Source of the DNA: a virus
Lineage: Duplodnaviria > Caudoviricetes
Strand: one strand, 5' to 3'
DNA: 35,697 bases
IMG/VR virus record: IMGVR_UViG_3300011102_000109
Span: 1-35,697 of that record
The first letter of the stretch is position 1. Each line of letters opens with the position of its first letter. The notes beneath the pieces are model-generated. The model was not told the origin of the DNA. It did not search any database and saw only the letters and a list, made by a program, of their open reading frames with translations. Both the position numbers and the translations under genes were made by a program. Shown here piece by piece: positions 9,001 through 16,301 of this stretch.

Positions 9001-11313
9001 AAAATCACTTTCAGAAACTTTTGTTGCTATCTGATTGGCATGTACTACAAGAGTGGATTCAGCAGAAATAACCCTGTCTGTAAGATCATCAACTTCTTCT
9101 TTAGATGCTTTAAGAGATATTTGTCCTGCTTGAACTATAATTTGAGCTTCAGCAGAAGTAACTCTATCTTCTAACTCATCTACTACAGTTTTATCAGCTT
9201 TTAAAACAATCTCATTAGCGTTTTGTGTAATATTAGTTTCAGCTGTTGTAACTCTTAAAGATAAGTCAGATATAGCATTGTTAGTGTTACTTACAAAGTT
9301 ATTATAAGTTGTTTGAGATACTTTAGAAGCTATCTCGTTAGCTTGTATAGTCAGCTGTGCACTATGAGCATCTACTGTATCGGATAAATCATCCACAACA
9401 GTTTTATCAGCTTTAAGTGCTATTTGTGAAGCTGTTTGATTTACAGTGGTTTGTAAATTTGTAACGGTTCCCTCTAAAGTGTCAAAATCACTTTGACTCA
9501 CTTTAGTTGAAATTTCACCAGCTTGTACAATAAGTTCAGCTTCTGCTGAGCTAACTCTGTCTTCTAAATTATCTAGATCAGTCTGAGAAGCTTTTAAAGA
9601 AATCTGTCCAGCTTGAACAACAAGTTGAGCTTCTGCTTCTACAATTCTATCTTCAATATCGTCTACAACAGATTTATCTGCTTTTAAAGCTATTTGATCA
9701 GCAGTTTGAATTATAGCTGTTTCTAAATCAGTTACAGTATCAGATAAAGCATCGAAATCAGTTTGAGATACTTTTGTAGCAATTTGATCAGATTGTATTG
9801 AGAGTTGTGAAGAATGTTCTGATACAACACCTGTTAAATCATCTACAACAGATTTGTCAGCTTTCAATGCTATTTCAGAAGCTGTTTGTATAATCTGAGT
9901 TTGAAGATTATTTACTTCTCCGGTTAAAGTATCAAATTCAGTATATGAAACTTTTGTAGATATTTGATCAGCTTGTATATCCAACTCAGCTTCAGCTTCT
10001 ATTAATCTGTCTTCTAATTCGTCAACAACGGTTTTATCAGCTTTTAGATTAATAGATTCTGCTGTCTGAGTGATCTGAGTTTCTAATGATTCCACATAAT
10101 CTGATAAGTTACTAAATTCAGTTTGACTGACTTTAGAACTAATTTGATCTGCTTGTATAACTAATTGAGATTCAGCTTCTGTAACTCTTCCCTCCAGATC
10201 ATCAACTGTAGTTTTATCAGCTTTTAACGCTATCTGCTCAGATGTTTGTATAATTTGAGTTTGAAGATTGGTAACAACACCTTCTAAAGCATTAAACGTA
10301 CTTTGCGAAACTTTAGTAGCTATCTGACCAGCTTGTATAGTCAGTTCTGATTCTAATTCAGTAACTGCATCGTTTAGTTGATCAACTGTAGTTTTATCAG
10401 CTTTTAACGCTATCTGTTCTGCGGTTTGAGTAATAGTGGTCTGTAAATCAACAACAGTTCCTTCTAAGGTATCAAATTCACTTTTTGAAACCTTACTAGC
10501 AATCTGATCAGCTTGAATAATTAATTCAGACTCCAGTTCTGTAACTGTACCACTTAATTGATCAACAATTGTTTTATCAGCTTTCAGTTCTATTTGTTCA
10601 GCTGTCTGAATGATTTGAGTTTGGAGATTAGTTACAGTTCCTTCTAAGGTGTCAAAAGCACTCTGAGAAACTTTAGTGGCTATCTGATCAGCTTGAATAA
10701 TAAGTTCTGCACTGTGTTGAGAAACAATATTCCCAAGCTCATCTACCAAAGATTGATCAGCTTTCAGTGCAATTTGAGAAGCAGTTTGAACTATCTGAGT
10801 TTGTAATGTCTCAACTAATTCGTCTAGCTGATTAAATTCAGTTTGAGATACTTTTGTTGCAATTAAACCAGCTTGAACAGTAAGTTCCGATTCTAACTCG
10901 GTAATTGATCCGCTTAATAGGTCAACAACAGTTTTATCAGCTTTTAAAGAAATTTCTGTTTCTGTAATAGAAAGTCTGGTATTAATATTTGTAACAACTC
11001 CTTCAATTTCACTGAACGAAGATTTAGTTACATAATTATCTAGAATGCTTAAATCAAAGCCACTATCAATTATATCCTGCAATCTTTGTTCAAATTCTTG
11101 AATCTTCTGCTGAAACAGTTCTTGAAATTCAGCAGTTTTCTGAAGAAGTTCATTGTACTGATCAAAAAAGCTAGGACTTACACTGGAAGCAATGTTAATT
11201 TTAGTAACAGGAGTTCCAGAAGAACAATGAGCTATATTATAAGATTTAACATTGGAAGTGCAGCTAGGATCAGTAGAGGGTTTTATGATAAACTTTTTCT
11301 TTTTACCAGACAT
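1..11313 (-). CDS. Giant modular tail fibre / receptor-binding protein, at least 3771 aa, 3' end outside the window
   Basis: ATG at 11313 (MSGKKKKFIIKPSTDPSC...). The same frame is still open at position 1 (...MWKITPLTISLGNWNSSTQI) and the ORF track lists no closed minus-strand ORF here. It contains about 25 30-aa repeats, nine 'IGGxNLL...K(L/I)ExGNKATDW' beta-sandwich-type modules, a GG/ILEI-like domain and a short Gly-X-Y tract. Confidence 0.85.
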   Translation of the reverse strand, partial: MSGKKKKFIIKPSTDPSCTSNVKSYNIAHCSSGTPVTKINIASSVSPSFFDQYNELLQKTAEFQELFQQKIQEFEQRLQDIIDSGFDLSILDNYVTKSSFSEIEGVVTNINTRLSITETEISLKADKTVVDLLSGSITELESELTVQAGLIATKVSQTEFNQLDELVETLQTQIVQTASQIALKADQSLVDELGNIVSQHSAELIIQADQIATKVSQSAFDTLEGTVTNLQTQIIQTAEQIELKADKTIVDQLSGTVTELESELIIQADQIASKVSKSEFDTLEGTVVDLQTTITQTAEQIALKADKTTVDQLNDAVTELESELTIQAGQIATKVSQSTFNALEGVVTNLQTQIIQTSEQIALKADKTTVDDLEGRVTEAESQLVIQADQISSKVSQTEFSNLSDYVESLETQITQTAESINLKADKTVVDELEDRLIEAEAELDIQADQISTKVSYTEFDTLTGEVNNLQTQIIQTASEIALKADKSVVDDLTGVVSEHSSQLSIQSDQIATKVSQTDFDALSDTVTDLETAIIQTADQIALKADKSVVDDIEDRIVEAEAQLVVQAGQISLKASQTDLDNLEDRVSSAEAELIVQAGEISTKVSQSDFDTLEGTVTNLQTTVNQTASQIALKADKTVVDDLSDTVDAHSAQLTIQANEIASKVSQTTYNNFVSNTNNAISDLSLRVTTAETNITQNANEIVLKADKTVVDELEDRVTSAEAQIIVQAGQISLKASKEEVDDLTDRVISAESTLVVHANQIATKVSESDFEDLEGRVADAESTITQHANQIALKVNQTDFNTLSGRVTSAESNITILGSQIASKVSQTVFDELEDRVTSAESSITQNANQIALKVSQTDFNGENIVSLINLEPSNVKIQAKNIQLNGAVTFSSFDSNLQSDFTSLQNNATTVAQLQNYINNVLPGQLQDLENALDGLSEQHFYTYDPNNSLPPTSDWIDNNEQEDHLGDIWYNTENGKTFRYVKDGSDYFWQEVVNADLQAALQLASEAKDTADSKRRIFTVTPFPPYDIGDIWVQGPSGDIMRATVARTAAESYNSADWQKASKYTDDTTANTAISRLNNLVNKNLLNANDRKRIELEMLELASEKLRIDALVSQYGITGSVVTNYNTNYTTLYNDFNTIVNTSTETFSPPSNFNTHINDYKSSRNLLISAIENARKSKVDELEGEISDIWEEVDTTSSEFQDLVSNLRSLAFQDITDVAIGGQTLIQGGLINTVLLDANAIKSNIINAAYINTLQLDAAAIKTGTIDSARINASQILLNAGGVTNTQLNQALNDINIGSYNLLSGGAEATIGPSSNTYTFKLFEIEGYLQPNTQYTLSIEKSQIISGTSVTAMTVAAHNGSNTIILGDIPISSTEKQKLTFTTPSSFAGNQTYNLVIYAGQAGSSNNREIKLTRVKLEKGNKATDWSMSATDLKRSILVGGTNLLHSSNVVKTSTNYNIANYGLADTLQPDEEVCVTIWGELGSDRTQWSLYNSGGSVLIGHITKSDEVSPGIFRKAFKWKIYNSGITAANTSLWIYQVPNNGTTASTIYKIKLERGNQGTDWTPSEKDFFDNIKVGGNTNLLDNSEGEKGGTDRFYELGVRSALQDYVGKDICISFDIKVTIPASISIYAYQESGISIDVPASSSKIVQATTNWQRFSFVTKVKNWGQIPGSSNGSIAFYDPSNSSNIITIRRIRISLGNILSDDWIPSVNDILSKTAKLVTLSGSTQIIRIDNDGNKIPSTSFTVTGIAQNTNITSWQYSVNGGSFSTTVPTGVSRSGETVTINPNTVTFKTLSIRASDGTNSDTYTIAVVSDGQAPYLECWGTSALASPLKGGVWKNGEVITTAGSRGHRVVVLDKDFNLVSQQGFDTYLGGTNITNLINYVEDLTDKIVCIYSYDAIAESGPLRDLFVNLGGKPGKPAQYYRQPYAIIGMSKDADGNWPLKPGEAAESYSLTNSTSVNVIAYRGGKGIIGGGAVGRDGQDGVDGQDGYTVILENEAHTFAGNTNSAIAGSTTVKVISYKGANSITPTSITVGTMPTGMTASIAGNVITFNVTSSMTSPSGTVPINIVIDGKTFTRQFSYAISFKGNDGVSIVTVDIEFAKNTNPSTPPTSGWTTTAPTLGTGEQLWTRTKTYYSNSNTTTSTPANITPKDGVSITNVVEEYYLSTSKTTQTGGSWVTTPPAWQPGKYLWSRLKITYSNSTTSYTTPVVSSEWEAIDSIVIGGTNLLRVTELYNHNIGDMSGKTYPNGYVDSTTRVRTVLLDMSYGNTYCITIPSDYDISIQEYNSSNVWIKDNTWLPKNGNNPILFSPTNSNCAKCVVLFRKTNDSTITVNEIRNAKIKIERGNKATDWSPNPDDLRESTIASIQIGGENLISNSEALAMFNTNIGTGVAVITSDETIPYRRVTPDSDKNVSLYGANFSYIAGKTYISSVDVRHSHSSNVTFRIRFEADVNTVTETSVPPNTWTRIYSKPFTPSSNVTTNIILSTIGATGLVIDYRRVQVELGTIATDWKPALSDKIEVAKLGNTIMQGGYLRNNLIDTDNLIVRGPSGSGNTTLISGGKIRTEHIDVESIIVSGNAVTNTQLTDALNNIKVGGINLLDNSEALLLSPSSSGSGTAVLMNDEPIPYRRVTPNIDKAASVVGASISYSAGKTYIASVDVRHSHSSNVNVRLRFLADVNSMQETSVPPNVWVRITSKAHLFTSNSSSNLALNTSGAVGVPLDYRRIQIEEGNVSTNWKPSLSDTEVKIAAAQTAANAANALLADMSLDSKLTPVEKKQVKVEWDSIISEKTKNESQADYFGVSKTSYQNAYNNLSSYITPLLSNLSTTSDINATTFRNTFKAYYDARTDLLNAIAAKAKQLADAAQETVDNIQIGAVNLIRASKVRNSYLIQSNGTESASSTAFVTDFIEVKAGEQYTFQMPSSLESRIAYYDENKAFISRYVSTSNNAVEIITIPSGVAYIKWSPNSSDGTYKQGYQIEKGNKATEWKSNPYDAIDELQISSVNLLNNSEIVRGTSRFYEFGVRSIFEPYVGKDVSISFDLKVTIPANIQIYPYQESGISIDTPPSRPFIVAATTEWQRFAFTAKIKNWGQKPGLTTGSIAFYDAMNSSNVINIRRIRISLSSIPVFDWVESPADTQSKIDAAQSAAASAATAAENLEEYVDGAFKDGVIEAAEAKSIEKYINVVNETYEQIVNSYNVVYNDPLLTGTPKTNLATAKTNLDSSKNSLLSTINTAIADGKTTPAEKTAVDNAYTDFKNKIGLYTTAVENAYKSITDSINTKANTAQSAANAAQTTANDALNIANSKVTTYTLPPSSYKAGEFMRLFSNYTSGGKTFYAGKIYVANTNNTGGFNASHWNDALEVGGVNLVLGSDVPIPSTTNTLLGKYNLVKALESGKTYTVTIKGSGTSFTIRDDNGVNTLGTTQSLGGGLYRLVFVYGGSWAGNTKVFSVYNTAGGSVSITWIKLEEGSSVSNEWSPAPQEMEYLKNALQKSTIISGGLTLGSVIGVRDSSSVVRAYINGDDSNPITFAAGVNNFAGIGGAETQKIALYKDGSGFLASGNISWDITGNLTVKGRIEAEEGYFKNGDIEDVNIDNAYIEEGYFKNGDIEDVTINNAYIENATITSSIIGGFQVSSNTLTNPDFTARILFESAGASSDFIRLNESPISPLISVRTDSATRTGVSISTFATGAKGLTIVSNDETISSYAIHSAGGHMFYQRSGETWNAPGILAAFWVQINGSSASLSNMWKITPLTISLGNWNSSTQI
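8740..10980 (-). repeat. Intragenic 90-nt (30-aa) tandem repeat, about 25 units, with a 180-nt higher-order period
   Basis: Alternating 'QIALKADKTVVD' and 'QIATKVSQ(S/T)EF' units. The KAD codons recur every 180 nt (about 10945, 10765, 10585, 10405, 10225, 10045, 9865, 9685), with one longer unit near 9210-9320. Confidence 0.9.
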
Positions 11314-11363
11314 ATAAAAAATTATATTTATAATAAAAAGCCGACTTTAATATCAGACTTAAA

Positions 11364-11591
11364 TTATTCTTGAATAAATTTTAACTGAATATCCCAAGAG
11401 TCACCATTCCATACACATAACGATTTTAAATCTAAATCGTATACCGTCATACCAGCATCTTTTTCAGAAAGAAGGTTTCCTAATTCTAATCTTTCTACTG
11501 TAGTAACCGGATGTAATTTTACATTCACAATTGAATTTCCTGTCATATCTACAGTCATAAAAAATCGTTCTATCAACTTTTTATTTGACAT
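11364..11591 (-). CDS. Small tail-associated hypothetical protein (about 75 aa)
   Basis: ORF-track frame. ATG at 11591 (MSNKKLIERF...) overlaps the end of the upstream gene. The C-terminal 'GMTVYDLDLKSLCVWNGDSW' motif is typical of phage tail-fibre joint domains. Confidence 0.6.
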   Translation of the reverse strand: MSNKKLIERFFMTVDMTGNSIVNVKLHPVTTVERLELGNLLSEKDAGMTVYDLDLKSLCVWNGDSWDIQLKFIQE

Positions 11592-12201
11592 AAGCTTTAC
11601 CGGTAACAGGTGAAGAAAAATGGATTTGTAATACATTAGTGTCTATGTGATCAATAACCCCGTTTATAACAACACCTTCTGAATCTTCTATAGTAACGTC
11701 AGGAATTTTACCTAACATGTGGTTAACAGTCCATACGTCTGAAGGAGAATTTTGAACGTGCACGTGTGTTTCAGGATTAACATCACCCGTGGAACCACTA
11801 GGGTTAAGGTTGATCCTTGTAATATTTCCGTTAGTGTTAATGTCGATTACGTTATGTACAATCCTGTTATCAGTGATGTAGTTAATTTTGAAAGTCTGAG
11901 TAGATTTTTTCATAGAAGAACGATCTTTATATATTATAGAACCAATCCCACCTTCAATACTAAACGAAGAGCCTGGAAGTTCATTTTCATATTCAACATT
12001 AAAGTCAGTATTATATAGAATATTAACTTGATTAAAAGCATCCAGATCCAGCAGTTCTTCCAGTTCTTTTTTATAATATCTAGCTTTCCTTCTGATAACA
12101 TCAAAATCACTTATAGTTCTTGTGACCCCATAAGCTTCTTTTAGAAAAGAACTATAAACGACTTCTCCGTAATCAGTTATTGTTTTGTAATGTTGTTCCA
12201 T
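11581..12201 (-). CDS. Putative tail/structural protein (206 aa)
   Basis: C-terminal 'HVQNSPSDVWTVNHMLGKIPDVTIEDSEG...NVLQIHFSSPVTGKAYV' beta domain common in phage tail proteins; lies within the virion operon. Confidence 0.6.
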   Translation of the reverse strand: MEQHYKTITDYGEVVYSSFLKEAYGVTRTISDFDVIRRKARYYKKELEELLDLDAFNQVNILYNTDFNVEYENELPGSSFSIEGGIGSIIYKDRSSMKKSTQTFKINYITDNRIVHNVIDINTNGNITRINLNPSGSTGDVNPETHVHVQNSPSDVWTVNHMLGKIPDVTIEDSEGVVINGVIDHIDTNVLQIHFSSPVTGKAYVK

Positions 12202-12361
12202 TGAATTGATCAGGATTTTTAGATCTTGATTTTTTAATTTCTAAAATTTTTTCATAAAAAGGTTTACACCCAGCATGTACAGCTCTTCCGTCACTGGCAT
12301 ATTCTAAACTGCAAGAACAAGTGATTTCTCTTCTACAGTTTGAACAAATTTTTTTACTCAT
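12173..12361 (-). CDS. Small Cys/His-rich (putative Zn-binding) protein, 62 aa
   Basis: CxxC...CxC...HxxC pattern (CSNC, TCSC, HAGC); starts 1 nt after the upstream stop. Confidence 0.6.
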   Translation of the reverse strand: MSKKICSNCRREITCSCSLEYASDGRAVHAGCKPFYEKILEIKKSRSKNPDQFNGTTLQNNN

Positions 12362-12362
12362 A

Positions 12363-12917
12363 TTAAGAACAAGATTTACATGAAGATTTAAAATAACGCT
12401 CTAATCTTTTCTTAGCATATAGAAATATTTCCATACCCTTTTCAGCTTCACCACAATACTCTACTTTAATTTCAGCAGTTCTTATCAATGAATTTATAAA
12501 TTCAAGCTCTTTTAATTTTAGCTTTACTTCTTCAATAGGTTCACACCCACTTACTTCTAAATCGCACCAAGCTTTATAGAGCTTATTCATTGTACAAGAA
12601 GTTCTTAAATGATAGTACTCTACGTATACTTCCTCTACAGGATCTACAGCATAACCGATCGTATAAACCCCATCTTGAATAACAGGAGGTTCTTCTGAAC
12701 AATCGGCTCCAGGTATACCCATTGTACAAGCATTGAGAACAATGTCGAAATACGGAAGTATCTCTATTTGAGAAGGATGTTTAAATCCAGGAGCTTTGAT
12801 GTAAATAGTTCCTCCACTAATGTCTAAGTCATCAGAGTAAATACTTACATCTTTTATCCTAAAAGCTCTGGCATTTAAAGTTTTAGGGATTTCTAAAGCT
12901 AATATATGTTGATTCAT
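12363..12917 (-). CDS. Cys-rich putative virion/tail protein (184 aa)
   Basis: Intact ORF directly downstream of a copy of the late-promoter-like motif; position in the structural operon. Function not assignable. Confidence 0.55.
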   Translation of the reverse strand: MNQHILALEIPKTLNARAFRIKDVSIYSDDLDISGGTIYIKAPGFKHPSQIEILPYFDIVLNACTMGIPGADCSEEPPVIQDGVYTIGYAVDPVEEVYVEYYHLRTSCTMNKLYKAWCDLEVSGCEPIEEVKLKLKELEFINSLIRTAEIKVEYCGEAEKGMEIFLYAKKRLERYFKSSCKSCS

Positions 12918-12943
12918 AAGGTATGAAAAAAAAATAAATACAC

Positions 12944-12958
12944 TATATAATAATATAC
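12944..12958 (-). promoter_or_regulatory. Candidate phage late promoter, copy 1 (GTATATTATTATATA)
   Basis: Exact 15-mer (+ strand TATATAATAATATAC) about 26 nt upstream of ATG 12917, just after a terminator. Repeated at 19607, 27742, 29341 and 30735. Confidence 0.65.
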
Positions 12959-13006
12959 TAATTTTTCAGCTGTCATCAAAATACAGCTGTTTCAAGATCG
13001 GTAAAC

Positions 13007-13040
13007 AAAAAAGGGTATGGGAAACCCTCCATACCCTTTT
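13007..13040 (-). terminator. Rho-independent terminator
   Basis: 12-bp inverted repeat AAAAGGGTATGG/CCATACCCTTTT with a U-run on the minus strand, after the 463-aa gene. Confidence 0.8.
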
Positions 13041-13059
13041 GATTTTGATCTACATTTGA

Positions 13060-14451
13060 TTAATATTCTTCAAGTTCTACACCGGTTCCAGCATCATCCA
13101 AGATATCCTCGATCAATGAGGTCAGGGCTGAAGTATCAGTTCCGGCAGGAACGTTGATTTCCAATAAATATTGATCATTGTCAAATACGCTAGTAGAGTT
13201 GTTCAGACGAGGTACATTATGTAGAATCAGAATCTTATCATAGAAAAGACTTCTATCTACAGCTTTAAGTGCAGTATCGTCCAATACTTCTCTTAAACGT
13301 AAACTATCAATAGAGCATCCATCAGGGAAACTTTCTTGAAGATATCTTTGAGACAAGATATAATCACGGATTACAGTTTCTCCAACTCCAGAAGCTTGAA
13401 CAGGAGCTTGTAGCTCAGTAACACCTTCAGAAGTAGAAGAGTTAGCTACAGGATACTCTACACAAGGATCGTTAGCATCATCTGTTACAGACATGTATAC
13501 GAACAGAGGTTCCAGATCGTAAGCATCTTTAACAGAGAAAGTGCAGTTACCGAATTTAGTGTCCATGTATGCTACACTAATCAGTAAGCTGGCTGCAACT
13601 GATTCGATGTCTGATTCATCTGTTTTCGGAGTATAAGCATCAGTAACAGGATCAAAAAATACCAGGTCTCCTGATACAGATCCTACATTAGCTTTATCCA
13701 AAGTAACAGCAGTTCCGTTTACTTCTACAACTTTAGCTCCAGCAGCAACACCAGTACCGAATACAACCTGTCCAACTGCAACAGCAGCATTGGATGCACC
13801 TAAGGTAACAGTAGTACTACCAGAACTACCAGTAGCAGATTGAGTAACTTTTCTTACAATAGCATCAGCTTTAACAAAATTGGAGAAGATAGGATCTCCA
13901 TTAATTTGATCAGCCCAAGCTTTGAATACGATAGCTGGATCAACCGGATCATTAGTACATGGAGCTGAACAATCATTACCGCAACATCCTGTAAAAGCAT
14001 CGAAAGTACGGTACAGATTGTGTTTAAGGAATTTCAGAGCGGGAGAACCTTTTACATCCATTCTAAGGAAGTAAGTATGACCGCAACGGAAGGTCAGACC
14101 AGTACCACCTGAAGCAGCACCATCAGCTCCTAGAATAACTACTTGACTTTGAGGTTGTTTAGCAGCTATCTTAATGAAACGACTGATGTACTTAGGATTG
14201 ATAGCTTTTGATTTAATAGACTCTTGATAACCTCCGTGGAAAGGACTTAGTTTATCAGTAGTATGATAACTACCTTGAACCAACATAAAAGGTTTCAAAG
14301 TGGATGCTGAAAGAGCTTGGAAAGTCTTAGCATCATACAGTCCAATTTCACCAGGAGTAAGATCTTGAGTCTTACCGGTACTTTTCAGAGATAAAGTGCC
14401 ACTCTCTACTTTAGGAATGAACACTTTTTTAAACGCATGAGGAAAATACAT
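13060..14451 (-). CDS. Conserved crAss-like virion structural protein (possible auxiliary capsid protein), 463 aa
   Basis: Located in the capsid module and followed by a strong terminator. Cys cluster GCCGNDCSAPC and an inserted G/S/A/V-rich beta domain. The specific role is inferred from synteny only. Confidence 0.55.
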   Translation of the reverse strand: MYFPHAFKKVFIPKVESGTLSLKSTGKTQDLTPGEIGLYDAKTFQALSASTLKPFMLVQGSYHTTDKLSPFHGGYQESIKSKAINPKYISRFIKIAAKQPQSQVVILGADGAASGGTGLTFRCGHTYFLRMDVKGSPALKFLKHNLYRTFDAFTGCCGNDCSAPCTNDPVDPAIVFKAWADQINGDPIFSNFVKADAIVRKVTQSATGSSGSTTVTLGASNAAVAVGQVVFGTGVAAGAKVVEVNGTAVTLDKANVGSVSGDLVFFDPVTDAYTPKTDESDIESVAASLLISVAYMDTKFGNCTFSVKDAYDLEPLFVYMSVTDDANDPCVEYPVANSSTSEGVTELQAPVQASGVGETVIRDYILSQRYLQESFPDGCSIDSLRLREVLDDTALKAVDRSLFYDKILILHNVPRLNNSTSVFDNDQYLLEINVPAGTDTSALTSLIEDILDDAGTGVELEEY

Positions 14452-14490
14452 AGGTTAATGGAATTTGGTTAACAATAAATAAACAAACGA

Positions 14491-15195
14491 TTAAGTATTT
14501 CTTTCAGCATTCTGAAGGGAACGCTGCAATTGTAAGGTTTGTTCTGTATCACCAGCTAGGATAGCTACAGCTTCATCTATAATCAACTCGGCTATATCAT
14601 CCTTAAATTCACACTCTACATCATTGATGTAGTGTTTTCTGGTATTCGGATTCATAGCCCCTTTTATTTCTATCGATTTGGGGAATCTATAATAGATGAG
14701 ATTTACTTTATCTACTACAAATTCTCCATCAGTATAAATTTTAATGTTATTATTTCCGATGGTATAAAAGGTTTCAGCCCAATCGAAACTAGGTCTGGTG
14801 TGAGGATCTCTTAAGAGTAAATCCACTTCACCTTCTTCAACAAGATATACTACGAACGGTCTAGCTGGGCTATATTCAGATCTTCCGAATAATCTCAATC
14901 TGCTTATATGCAGATAATCTTCAGGAAGAGGTAAACTTTGATATTCGTAAGATTCTTGTTTAGAACAGACTAAAGGAGCATTTTTTATTAAAATCTGTAA
15001 ATCGTCGATTTTAATTTTAGTTTGTTCTTCTCCTTCTTTTCTGATATTATTTCCGATAAGCTGTCTTCTTACCCATTCTATTTGAGCTTTGTTGAAAGCT
15101 TCAATTATCTGCCAATCTTCTATATTGTCAAAATCTCTAGAAGATAGTTTATTAAGTCTTTCTGATATTTTTAATTTCAAAAGAGTGTTGGTCAT
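14491..15195 (-). CDS. Tail ring / tail tubular (head-tail adaptor) protein, 234 aa
   Basis: N-terminal 'LNKL.S.D...I...FNKAQ' helix and C-terminal 'YYRFP...CEF...IAELIIDEAV' pattern of crAss-like ring proteins; synteny after the MCP. Confidence 0.65.
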   Translation of the reverse strand: MTNTLLKLKISERLNKLSSRDFDNIEDWQIIEAFNKAQIEWVRRQLIGNNIRKEGEEQTKIKIDDLQILIKNAPLVCSKQESYEYQSLPLPEDYLHISRLRLFGRSEYSPARPFVVYLVEEGEVDLLLRDPHTRPSFDWAETFYTIGNNNIKIYTDGEFVVDKVNLIYYRFPKSIEIKGAMNPNTRKHYINDVECEFKDDIAELIIDEAVAILAGDTEQTLQLQRSLQNAERNT

Positions 15196-15203
15196 ATCTT
15201 GTT

Positions 15204-16217
15204 TTAAGCTTTCCAGAACTTATCCACTTTGTTCATAAGATCTGTGAGGATTTGTTCGTTAAGAGGATTTTTCAAATACTCCAAAACATCAGAAGGAGTT
15301 CTTCCTAACATACTGTTGCTCTCCATGTGATAGATGTAACCATCAGCTTTAACAGCTAAGAATTTATAATAAGTTGCATCTTTTATTAAAGCTCTGATTT
15401 GAAGAGTTTCTATATCTTGATTAGCAGCATCAATAAATGCTTGTGATGCTTTTCTAACACTCTTCTCAGAAAGTTGACCCTCAATAAACTTATCTAGATT
15501 TTCATATATAATTTCGATAGGAGTACTTTTCTTATATTGTACAGATAATGGATCCAATACTTTAGCCAAATAAAACAGCTTGTTCTGATTCTTATCATAC
15601 AGCTTTTGGAGCTGAGACTTAGCTCTGTTTCTAAGTATGTTCACTTCAATCTTAACAGCAGCAGTTTCTTCAATTTTATCCAAATAGAATTTTGGAGCTA
15701 CATTTCTCTTACGAGCTTCTTCATAAGAAGGAGCAATCATTGAAAAACCACCAGCCAATATAGCATGATACTTAATTACATCGTAAGGATCCTTCAAATC
15801 CAAAGGAACAGGTTCGTTACCTGCTCTTATAGAAATTTTATCCCAAAAATCTGAATTATCTGGTCTAAGCAGTTTTACATTATTCCAGAATTCAGGATCA
15901 TCTGGATCTACAATATTAGAAGCAAGTTCTTTCTCCAACTGAGAAACAGTTCTTCTAATCTCTTTAACCTTAGCTTCTCTTTCTTCTTTAGGTAAAACTT
16001 TCAGTTCAGGAGCAAATTCATTAAGTCCTGTTATGTACCGTTTAGTACCGTTAATTTCTAAACAAGCCAATTGTTCCTCGTGGAACACTCCATCAAAAAC
16101 AACTAGACCGTATTTTTCAAGACCCATGTTTCTTTTATTCGGTTCTAAATACGGTTTGATTGAAATATCGGATACCTTATTGATAGGATATCCTTCTACA
16201 ATAGTTACAGCACTCAT
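15204..16217 (-). CDS. Conserved crAss-like capsid-module protein (gene-75-like), 337 aa
   Basis: Size and position between the MCP and the ring protein as in crAss-like capsid modules; 'RYITGLNE' and 'FW' motifs. Confidence 0.55.
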   Translation of the reverse strand: MSAVTIVEGYPINKVSDISIKPYLEPNKRNMGLEKYGLVVFDGVFHEEQLACLEINGTKRYITGLNEFAPELKVLPKEEREAKVKEIRRTVSQLEKELASNIVDPDDPEFWNNVKLLRPDNSDFWDKISIRAGNEPVPLDLKDPYDVIKYHAILAGGFSMIAPSYEEARKRNVAPKFYLDKIEETAAVKIEVNILRNRAKSQLQKLYDKNQNKLFYLAKVLDPLSVQYKKSTPIEIIYENLDKFIEGQLSEKSVRKASQAFIDAANQDIETLQIRALIKDATYYKFLAVKADGYIYHMESNSMLGRTPSDVLEYLKNPLNEQILTDLMNKVDKFWKA

Positions 16218-16239
16218 ATTGGTTTTTTGATTTAATTAG

Positions 16240-16287
16240 TTCCCATGAAGAGTAACGAACTCTTTAAAGTGTCTTACACCATGGGAA
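16240..16287 (-). ncRNA. 48-nt mini tRNA-like element (acceptor stem, one small arm and a T arm)
   Basis: Minus strand TTCCCATG-GTGT AAG ACAC-TTTA-AAGAG TTCGTTA CTCTT-CATGGGAA: 8-bp closing stem stacked on a 5-bp stem with a 7-nt TTCG T-type loop. Confidence 0.55.
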
Positions 16288-16301
16288 ACAGTTTAGTAAT
16301 G

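Noticed and set aside
8740-10980. Possible CRISPR array or DGR template/variable repeats
   Set aside because: The repeats are degenerate, in-frame coding units without unique spacers. Differences between copies are not adenine-specific and no reverse transcriptase is present in the window.
212-11373. Plus-strand ORFs 212-406, 416-748, 8950-9174 and 11086-11373
   Set aside because: They are antisense shadows of the giant minus-strand tail gene.
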